Source: a virus (lineage: Duplodnaviria > Caudoviricetes). Taken from it: DNA of 50,991 nucleotides. Of the stretch, positions 43,866 to 50,991 are shown one piece after another (the first letter of the stretch is position 1; the number at the start of each line of letters is the position of its first letter). The translations under genes were made by a program, and so were the position numbers. The notes below the pieces were generated by a model. It worked only from the letters and a program-made list of their open reading frames with translations. It ran no database searches and was not told the origin of the DNA. The stretch spans positions 1 through 50,991 of IMG/VR virus record IMGVR_UViG_3300017971_000079. The stretch is one strand, 5' to 3'.

Positions 43866-45179
43866 TTAGACCGAGATCACCCCGGAAATGGCCGCGGTAT
43901 GAATTGCTCCCGCAAGCGTCGCCGTGAATTCGACATCGGGCAAGAGACGGTCCGCCTTGTCCGCCGCGCTCACGTCCGCAACCTTCGGTACCGTCACCGT
44001 GGGCTCGGGGTCCGCCGCGTACAAGTCGTTGCCCACGCCTTCGAGCAACACCGCCTTGACGGTGGCCTGTATCACCCCCGCGCCCTTGTCGGTAAACGGA
44101 ATCTTTTTCGCGTTCGCCAGTGCGCCGAACACGTTCTCTTGCACTCGCACCTTCGTCCAGTCGATACCCCGCACCACGTCAATCCACTCGTCGTCGCTGA
44201 CCTTGCCGTCCTGCGTGATGCTGATACCGGCGAGACGGTTGTAGAAGTTGCAGACCTTCGCGCGCAGGTAGCCTATCTGCGTCGAGTTCAGCTCGGAGTA
44301 CGTGACGCCCGCTAGCGTCTTGTACTTCCAGGTGATGGACCCCGGGTCCTGCGGAAGTCCGACACCTGCCCACGCCGCACCAGCGAACTGGTCGTTCCTC
44401 GGATGCCACATGAGCGCCGTCCGTCCGTAGCTCGCCGCGCTCAATACGCTCGCAATGTCACTCGACCCGGTCACGAGAACGTCCTGGTCGGGTGTCGTCG
44501 CGAAGTAGATTTTCGTCTGCGCTTCCGCCCAAGCCGCCGCCGCCGTGATGACCGCCTTGCCCTGGTTCGTGGTGACGAGTCCGTACCAGTCATCATTCTC
44601 TATCTGGATGGCGGCGAGGTCGTTTGCGATACCCGGCGAACCGTCCGGCGTGATGTCGTTCAACCCGAGGTAGTTGAAGAACTGCGCGTAGAGCGTGAAC
44701 TGGTCGGCGACGGAATCCGCCTCGACATCGAGGTCGGTGCTGTTGTCCGTGGTCGTCACGTTCTCCCCGAGCGCATCAATAGCCGTCTTCAACCCCGCCG
44801 TAATTTCCGCAACCGTCGGCGTCGCGTCGCTTGTGTACTTCGCTTCGAGCCCGTTCAGGTACACGATGTAATCGGTGAGCGCAAGCGGCGACGCGTGCGG
44901 CGTGATTTTCATCTTCATCTTTTCGGTGTTCGCGCATCGACCGACGTAGATTTTCGTCGGGCTCGGGTTCTGCGAGAACGTCTTGTTTGCAGCCTTGTAG
45001 ACGAGGTCCGTGGTCGCGAACCCGTCGGAGACCATCGCCGCAAGCGACGTGTACGACCGCACGCGCTCCGGGAACACATCGGTGTACCCGGCAATCAACG
45101 GAAACCCGAACCCCGCTCGCGTCGGCGTCTTCGTCCCCGTCGTGATGACAACAGTTGCTACATCGTCTAAAACCGACAT
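43866..45179 (-). CDS. Tail sheath protein (DUF3383-like)
   Basis: FSQNPSP, TWKYKTLAGV, WIDVVRGIDW, KIPFTDKG, LAGAIH. Confidence 0.88.
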   Translation of the reverse strand: MSVLDDVATVVITTGTKTPTRAGFGFPLIAGYTDVFPERVRSYTSLAAMVSDGFATTDLVYKAANKTFSQNPSPTKIYVGRCANTEKMKMKITPHASPLALTDYIVYLNGLEAKYTSDATPTVAEITAGLKTAIDALGENVTTTDNSTDLDVEADSVADQFTLYAQFFNYLGLNDITPDGSPGIANDLAAIQIENDDWYGLVTTNQGKAVITAAAAWAEAQTKIYFATTPDQDVLVTGSSDIASVLSAASYGRTALMWHPRNDQFAGAAWAGVGLPQDPGSITWKYKTLAGVTYSELNSTQIGYLRAKVCNFYNRLAGISITQDGKVSDDEWIDVVRGIDWTKVRVQENVFGALANAKKIPFTDKGAGVIQATVKAVLLEGVGNDLYAADPEPTVTVPKVADVSAADKADRLLPDVEFTATLAGAIHTAAISGVISV

Positions 45180-45191
45180 GGGCTTTTCCTC

Positions 45192-45767
45192 CTATACGTC
45201 ACCGACTATCTCGTCGATGCCAAGCGCGGCCGACTCGACCGCGACCTTTTTGATGTATCCCGCGAACTCACTCAAGTTCATGACACAGTTGAACTCGACA
45301 TCCATTCCCGCTCGCGAAACGAACCTTTCGTTCGTCAACGCCGAAATGTCCGTGACCGGGTTCGACCTGATAACGGAAATCTCGGCGGCGCCGAACAATG
45401 CAGCCTGCGACGGCAAGAACAAAGCCGCTCGCGCTTTGTTCAACAGAGCCCTCGCATTCAAGTCAGGCACGCTCGCGTCTTTTCCTTCGACATATGCTTG
45501 ACACGAAACCGAAAACGAACACGGCGCGCATACCGTCATCTCGACTTCATAGTTTTTTGGACGGTTGACATCCGAATCGTCGCGGAGCTCAAACGCTTCC
45601 GACAACGGGTTCGGCCCCGACATAATCAAAAGCGACCCGAACGGGTACTCGGGTTGCGGCGCGCTCTGATGTCTCCACACCGTTTCGAGCCCCGTCGACT
45701 CCGCGAACCAATTATGTACCACGTTCTCCACGGTCTCCATATCTATCGGTGCTTCAACCGCCGTCAT
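45192..45767 (-). CDS. Tail terminator / neck protein
   Basis: Immediately before the sheath gene; QSAPQPEYPF. Confidence 0.6.
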   Translation of the reverse strand: MTAVEAPIDMETVENVVHNWFAESTGLETVWRHQSAPQPEYPFGSLLIMSGPNPLSEAFELRDDSDVNRPKNYEVEMTVCAPCSFSVSCQAYVEGKDASVPDLNARALLNKARAALFLPSQAALFGAAEISVIRSNPVTDISALTNERFVSRAGMDVEFNCVMNLSEFAGYIKKVAVESAALGIDEIVGDV

Positions 45768-46150
45768 TGTCCTACCTTCGACGCTATCGCTTTGTAGTAG
45801 CCGCCTACGTCGCCCCAGTTGGTGACCGAGTGCACCTCGTAATCAACATCCTCGAACTCGACAACATCCGGTTGCCAGCGCCCGTCTACGTCCGCCGTCC
45901 GTAGCTCGGTCTGCGTGAACAGCTTGATGTTCTCTCGCGTGCGGCGCCCCTCTTCCACGTCCTCCAAGTCCTTCGCCGTCGCGGGCTGAACCGAAGCGGT
46001 TATTGTCAACTCGTCTTTCCGCTGCTCTTGCCAACGGCCGTGTGCGTCGTACGTCCCCGCGCGCGAACGCCTGAGAGTAATCGCCGTCATGGTTCCGTCT
46101 TGTGGCAGACATGCAAACGCCCGCGCGATACAGTGGTCGAGTACCGTCAT
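45764..46150 (-). CDS. Head-tail adaptor / head closure protein
   Basis: ASVQP..EG.R..IKLFT..YEV..W..YYKA; start is 46150 or 46090. Confidence 0.65.
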   Translation of the reverse strand: MTVLDHCIARAFACLPQDGTMTAITLRRSRAGTYDAHGRWQEQRKDELTITASVQPATAKDLEDVEEGRRTRENIKLFTQTELRTADVDGRWQPDVVEFEDVDYEVHSVTNWGDVGGYYKAIASKVGQ

Positions 46151-46650
46151 CTCTCGACCTCGCTGGCGTTCACTACCTGAACACTGAACGAATTCCAAAG
46201 CTGACCGGTCACCTTCAACGGAGTGTCGCCGTAATCCTCGCGAGGCAGACCCGTGCTCGCCTTGCCTGCCAAAGTACTCTCGGCAAGTCCAGGGCCGACA
46301 CCTGCTTTGATTTTTCGGAGTATGTCCGCACGATAGCTCTCTCCGAGTAGCAGGAGTTCGCCGTCAGTGTCCGCCTCGCCTCCGAGAATCGCCTTCGCGC
46401 TTTTGGCCGATTGCCTTTCGTACTTCTGCAAGTTCTCGTCGAACGTCGAACGCATCGAAGGTCGCTCGGGTATCCTGCCATCTATCGTACCGAACTCATG
46501 CACCGCCGCGTTCTCCACGTTCGTCCAAGTCCCTTCGTAAGACGCTTCCGCTTCGTCGCCCTGAACACCGACTTTCGCAACTCTGCCTTTGCCCGTCCGC
46601 TTCAGTTCGGCTTTGATTTTCTCCCAGCCCTTATCAACCCACTTCGGCAA
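46147..46650 (-). CDS. Neck / tail completion protein
   Basis: AAVHEFGT, IPERP, PLKVTGQL. Confidence 0.75.
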   Translation of the reverse strand: MPKWVDKGWEKIKAELKRTGKGRVAKVGVQGDEAEASYEGTWTNVENAAVHEFGTIDGRIPERPSMRSTFDENLQKYERQSAKSAKAILGGEADTDGELLLLGESYRADILRKIKAGVGPGLAESTLAGKASTGLPREDYGDTPLKVTGQLWNSFSVQVVNASEVER

Positions 46651-46657
46651 GGCCCTC

Positions 46658-47125
46658 TCACCCCGTCCAATCCTCTTCGTCAGTGAACGTCACCACACCG
46701 TCGCTAGGTCCTCCGGAAATGTCGTTCATCCCACGAGAAAAGCTCGGCTGCACGGCGTCCGAATCCTCGCTCAAGGTCTCCTTCTCCGAGATGCTCAATC
46801 CCCCGAACCTCGGCAACACAATCGCTGCACCTTTGGTCAGACCGTTCGGGTCGAGCTCCTTCGCTCGTGCCGCGTACGCTTTCGACACGGCCGCGGCGTT
46901 GCTTGTCGACACGTCGCCCACTCTCACGCTCACCGCGCACTTCGCGTACTTCGCCGCGAGTGCTCGACAAACAAGCGCCGCCGCATGTCGGGTGTTTGAA
47001 AACTCCGTCAACGACCAAGCGATTTCCTCGTCGGTGGTCTGCGGGTCCGCAGAGTTTGTGTCACCGACGAGGTATCGCACGGCGTCCTTGTCAGAAGCCG
47101 AAGGGTCTGTGTAGCTCCACGTCAC
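46658..47125 (-). CDS. Head-tail connector protein
   Basis: DAVRYLVGDT..DEEI motif. Confidence 0.7.
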   Translation of the reverse strand: MTWSYTDPSASDKDAVRYLVGDTNSADPQTTDEEIAWSLTEFSNTRHAAALVCRALAAKYAKCAVSVRVGDVSTSNAAAVSKAYAARAKELDPNGLTKGAAIVLPRFGGLSISEKETLSEDSDAVQPSFSRGMNDISGGPSDGVVTFTDEEDWTG

Positions 47126-47415
47126 TACTTGGCCTTCGTTTTCCTCTTCCTGGGAGCCTTCCGGGTTTTGGGTTTCGGCCGAGGTTTCGAATCATCAAGC
47201 GCCGGTTCAGGCTTGGCGACGACCACAGGCTCCTCAACCGGCCGAATGTTTTCGACCTTTGAACCCGGGTCGTCGTCTTTCCAGTAGACGAACTCTTCCG
47301 TCCGCGTCCACATGTCCTCCCATGTGTCCGCCTCGGGAACGTGCCCGTCTTTCTCAACCCAGACGTTCTTCCCGTTTCTCGAAACCGTCTGCCGTTTACT
47401 CGCGTACCACGGCAT
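47125..47415 (-). CDS. Hypothetical protein
   Basis: Between the capsid and connector genes. Confidence 0.6.
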   Translation of the reverse strand: MPWYASKRQTVSRNGKNVWVEKDGHVPEADTWEDMWTRTEEFVYWKDDDPGSKVENIRPVEEPVVVAKPEPALDDSKPRPKPKTRKAPRKRKTKAK

Positions 47416-47418
47416 GGC

Positions 47419-48381
47419 TTACGACATCACGTTGTTGAAAAACACACCGAGGTCGCTTGCCACGAGCTTCAAATCGTAGGCCATCGTGCCCTCGATTCTG
47501 TCGCTCTCCAACTCCTCCATCCGGAACCGCTTGATGCGCGTGCCTTCCGCCGTCGCTCCGAGGTAGCCCTGCCACGAGAACGTGTACCCGGCGCTCGGCT
47601 GCATGATGGACGGCCTCGGCGCCGCGTAGCAAAGGAACGCGTCCTTCGAGTACAAGAACGACATCACCGGAGTCGCGCCCTCGGCCGCAGTGTTCTCCAC
47701 CGCGCTCGCAATCAGCACCCGGTCGAGCTCCAGAGCCGCCGCCACGAGGTCCAGCGTCACGATGCCCTTCTCGGTGTACTTGATGCGGTCGAGCAGCTCG
47801 GAGTGGTCCTGCAAGACCGTCCACACGTCTCTCGACAGAACCAACGTGTTTGGGCGATACCCCGTCTTTTTGTACACGGAATCAATTTGCGCACGGATGT
47901 TTTTGAACGGGTACGAGCTGCCCGCGTCCCACAACGGAGACGGGGTGATGTCGGTCCCGGTAGTGCTCCCCGTCCACTTGCCCGTGGTGAAGTACTCCGC
48001 CGCCCAGTCCTTCTCACGCCGGAGCGCGAGCTGGCGGGTGACGAACTCCGTCGCCTCGGAATCTAAGTTGATGGGAGCGTCCGCGTTGCTGCGAATCTGG
48101 TCGTCGACGTCCTTGTGCAAAGCCTTCGCCTTGCACGCGTAGTCGGCGGTCGTCAGTGTGTACCCGGACCCCGCGGACTCGGTACCCGGCGCGCGGTCTT
48201 GCGCGTCCGTCCGGAACCACTGCCCCTTCTCGTACACGAAGTACTGGTCGGATTTCTTCATGACGGGGATGTTCGGAAACACCTTCGTCGCGATGAAATC
48301 CTTCTGGTCCTGAAGGTACGCGATTGAGATATTGGTGAGCGGTCTGTTTACGTGGACCGCACTTGCTGTCGGTTGTGGCAT
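47419..48381 (-). CDS. Major capsid protein
   Basis: LTNISIAY, RAPGT, RPNTLVL; AAGGAGG RBS; position. Confidence 0.88.
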   Translation of the reverse strand: MPQPTASAVHVNRPLTNISIAYLQDQKDFIATKVFPNIPVMKKSDQYFVYEKGQWFRTDAQDRAPGTESAGSGYTLTTADYACKAKALHKDVDDQIRSNADAPINLDSEATEFVTRQLALRREKDWAAEYFTTGKWTGSTTGTDITPSPLWDAGSSYPFKNIRAQIDSVYKKTGYRPNTLVLSRDVWTVLQDHSELLDRIKYTEKGIVTLDLVAAALELDRVLIASAVENTAAEGATPVMSFLYSKDAFLCYAAPRPSIMQPSAGYTFSWQGYLGATAEGTRIKRFRMEELESDRIEGTMAYDLKLVASDLGVFFNNVMS

Positions 48382-48393
48382 CGTTCTCCTCCT

Positions 48394-49392
48394 TTAACCG
48401 TTCAGCGTCGGTCCATCGAGAACCGCCGAAAAGATGTCCCCGCTGGTCGCGCTCTGAATCGCGCGCCCTCGCGAGTACGTGCCCGGATTGCTGCCCGTGA
48501 TGGTTTCGACCGAGAGCCCTGTCTTGGCGAGCGCGTTGCCCGAGATGAAATCGAGCTCGCTCGTGGTCCCCGTGGTCGGCGACGTAATCGTGAACGACCC
48601 GTCCGCGTTGACCGCGACTTCCGCCGTAGTGTCCGCTTCGATGACCGTCTCGATTTCCGCGGCCGTCACTTCGTCGATGTTCCCGACGTCACCCGTACCT
48701 GCGGTCGAGCTGCCCCACGTGAGGTTACCAGTACCCGCGCCGGTCGCAATGTCGAAGTCGGTGCCCTGTCCATCGGTCGTCAGAACCACCTGACCTCCGA
48801 CAACATTCGCCGACACACCTTTCGCCTGCGCGTTGATTCCCGCGGCCACATGCAAGGCCGTGGTCGTCGCGCCGGAGAACGTGACCGTCTGCACCTCACC
48901 GTCGTAGATGCCGCCGGTGATAGTGATGGTCATGGTCTTGGTGTCCTGGTCGGCCACCGGGTAGGAGGTCGTGTCGGTGATGGTCGCGCCCGCCGCGTCC
49001 CACGTCGCCGTCGCGTTGCCGACGTTGTCGACATCAATGACCATCGTGTCCCCGGCCGACAGGTTGAACGGACCGGCCGAACTGGTCTTGGTCGCTGCGG
49101 TCGGCGCGGCCGCGGCCGTCTTGGCCGTGCCTGTCGCCGTGGTCATGATGCGGTCGCCTGCGGTAATCGCTCCACCGGCGACGAGCTTGGTCACTCCTCC
49201 ATTAGCAAGAATGACCGCTTTGTCCGCGGCGTCGGGGTCGTTCTGAATCACGCCGTCGACGTACTCGCCTTCGGCCGTCGCCTGGACCACCTTGCCGCTA
49301 GTGTTGATTTTCCCGAACCGGAACTGAGCAGAACTGAGGTCGGCTCCTGCTACGAGTCCCGGCACGGTGCTCAACTTGCCTTCGTATGCCAT
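48394..49392 (-). CDS. Capsid cement/decoration protein with large inserted domains
   Basis: Cement-like N-terminus (AGGAITAGD) and C-terminus (GRAIQSA..GDIFSAVL) flank a ~210-aa insert. Confidence 0.65.
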   Translation of the reverse strand: MAYEGKLSTVPGLVAGADLSSAQFRFGKINTSGKVVQATAEGEYVDGVIQNDPDAADKAVILANGGVTKLVAGGAITAGDRIMTTATGTAKTAAAAPTAATKTSSAGPFNLSAGDTMVIDVDNVGNATATWDAAGATITDTTSYPVADQDTKTMTITITGGIYDGEVQTVTFSGATTTALHVAAGINAQAKGVSANVVGGQVVLTTDGQGTDFDIATGAGTGNLTWGSSTAGTGDVGNIDEVTAAEIETVIEADTTAEVAVNADGSFTITSPTTGTTSELDFISGNALAKTGLSVETITGSNPGTYSRGRAIQSATSGDIFSAVLDGPTLNG

Positions 49393-49407
49393 CGTTCGTT
49401 CTCCTTC

Positions 49408-50325
49408 CTAGTTCTGTTCCGGATGCTCGTCGAGGTACTCCTGATAGAGCTTCGCACCCTCGGCGGTTTTGATGACCCGCGCGAACGCCTGCTCGGACGA
49501 AAGCTCCTCGGTCGATTTCTGCACGAGACCCGCGGCCATCTTCTCGAGCTTGGCCATCGCGCTGCCTTCGCTGCCTTCGCCGAATCGCGCGCCCGCCTCG
49601 GCGAACATCGCGCTCTTCTGCATGGCTTCCGAAGTCGCCTTCATCTGCGCGAACTGCGTCTCCGCCAACTTCGGGTCGACCTTCTCGAGCTTGAGCAGCA
49701 AGGCCGCCTGCTCCTCGGCCGTCGAGCCGGGACAGTACGCGAGCTCGTCCTTCGCCTTCGAGATGAGCTCCTGACGCCGGCGCTCTTCGCGCTCGGTGTC
49801 GAGGCTCTTGCGAATCTCCTCGTTCTGTTTCGTGAGGTTCGCGACCTGCTCGTCATAGGCCTTCCGGATTTCCTCGAACCTCTTCTCGACCTCGGTCAAC
49901 TCCGTCGGAGAGCCTTCGCCCTCATCCTTCTTGACCGGGGCTTTCGCCTTCTGTGGCTCGGGATACTTGTCCTTCATGTCCTCGTCCTCCTCTTTGGCTT
50001 TTGCCTTCGGCGCCGGGTACCCGATTGCCGAAGCCAGCTTGTCGAGGGCGTCCTTGGGAATCTCGTCCTTGAAGCCCGACATCAAGCGCAGCGCGCCCTT
50101 GACCGCAGCTTGAGCCTTGTCGCTCAGCTTGGCCTTGTCGAACCATTCGACGAGTTTGTCCTCTTCATCGATCTCGGTTTCGAGAACGGCTTTGAGAATT
50201 TCCTCGTGGTCCATGTCATTCTCCTGTTTGAAAATTGGGAACGGTTTCTTCTTGTTCGCGCCCTTGTCTACGAGAGACACTTCTTCGGGCGTGAGGTTGC
50301 TTAGTTCGGTCAGCGGCTTGCTCAT
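49408..50325 (-). CDS. Scaffolding-type protein
   Basis: EVSLVDKGAN N-terminus, charged coiled coil, upstream of the capsid genes. Confidence 0.7.
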   Translation of the reverse strand: MSKPLTELSNLTPEEVSLVDKGANKKKPFPIFKQENDMDHEEILKAVLETEIDEEDKLVEWFDKAKLSDKAQAAVKGALRLMSGFKDEIPKDALDKLASAIGYPAPKAKAKEEDEDMKDKYPEPQKAKAPVKKDEGEGSPTELTEVEKRFEEIRKAYDEQVANLTKQNEEIRKSLDTEREERRRQELISKAKDELAYCPGSTAEEQAALLLKLEKVDPKLAETQFAQMKATSEAMQKSAMFAEAGARFGEGSEGSAMAKLEKMAAGLVQKSTEELSSEQAFARVIKTAEGAKLYQEYLDEHPEQN

Positions 50326-50868
50326 GCCGACGCCCTTTCAACGAGGTCGACAAAGGTCACGGAAGGCATCTCTTGACGAGACATACGGCGCCGCATCCCG
50401 AATCCTCCGGGGCTGAACGCCGTGATTTTTCCCGCCTTGTACAACTTCCACAAACCCTCGTCGAGCTTCACTCCGAGCAACCATGCCCCGGAATGAACTA
50501 CTTCGCTTCCAAACTTGCGCCGGTAAACGCGATGCGGCTCGCCTCGGCAAGCCTTCAAGTAGTCCTCTCTACTCGGATACTGCTCAACCGAGTTCTCGAC
50601 TACTTGCGCGTTCGTCTTGGCCTTGTGTTGAAGTCCGATAGTCCGAGAGTTCGTCATGAACCAATGCGCCGCGTTCTCCACTTCGTCCGGGGGGGTCCAG
50701 TCCTTGTGAGCGTCCGGCTCCGCGCCGTTCGCTCCATACGGGTCCATGACCACTCCGTACACAATCCTCTTAACGGGATCTGACTTGGCGATTGGAACTG
50801 ACTTACTGACGACTTTCCCCGACCGCACGTCAAACACTTGCGGCCGCTCTCCGGGCTTCGACCAATAA
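50322..50868 (-). CDS. C-terminal XkdF-like prohead protease domain of the 1277-aa origin-spanning protein
   Basis: RIVYGVV..P..DAH.D..AAHWF..GLQH..GAWLLGVK..W..G.ITAFSPGG; in frame with the 3287-1 segment (..RQRWL|YWSKPGERPQVFDV..). Confidence 0.88.
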
Positions 50869-50991
50869 AGCCAGCGCTGCCTTTTTTTCTTGAGCTCGCT
50901 TATGACATCAGCGAGGTCGCGGCTCTCGGCCCACGGCGTCTGGTCTTCCGGCTTATCTATCAGCCACCTACGCCGCCCGCCGACAGGGGCG
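50869..50991. repeat. Terminal direct repeat, copy 2
   Basis: Identical to 1-123. Confidence 0.97.

Noticed and set aside
50322-50837. Stand-alone 171-aa protease gene as listed in the ORF track
   Set aside because: The frame stays open upstream through the circular junction, so it is the C-terminus of the 1277-aa ORF; an extra internal start cannot be excluded.

Overview
This window is a complete, circularly assembled ~50,868-bp GC-rich myovirus-type phage genome; bases 1-123 recur exactly at 50869-50991. The minus strand carries the virion operon: terS/terL, portal, MuF-like protein, a giant origin-spanning protein, scaffold, capsid, neck, sheath/tube, tape measure, baseplate and fibres. 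The plus strand (8276-30537) carries replication, modification and accessory genes: primase-helicase, SF2 helicase, PolA, RuvC-like resolvase, FolE, a TGT/DpdA-like protein, a DNA MTase and an SLT. Main findings: (1) a stand-alone Cas7/RAMP-like gene (23181-23804) followed at once by a non-coding array of ~42-nt units built from nGY-NN pentamers, a GNRA hairpin and a tRNA-like element, which is a candidate non-CRISPR RNA-guided system. (2) An array-less type IV-B csf1-cas11-csf2-csf3 operon with a radical SAM gene where cysH usually sits. (3) A 1277-aa ORF, missed by the ORF track because it crosses the origin, fusing NTase-like, ATP-dependent ligase, UDG-like, LigD-phosphoesterase-like and XkdF-like prohead protease domains. 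(4) A sigma54-type promoter driving a transcript that contains a hammerhead ribozyme and a tRNA minihelix. I saw no CRISPR array, integrase or canonical tRNA. All family calls come from reading motifs by eye, not from database searches.
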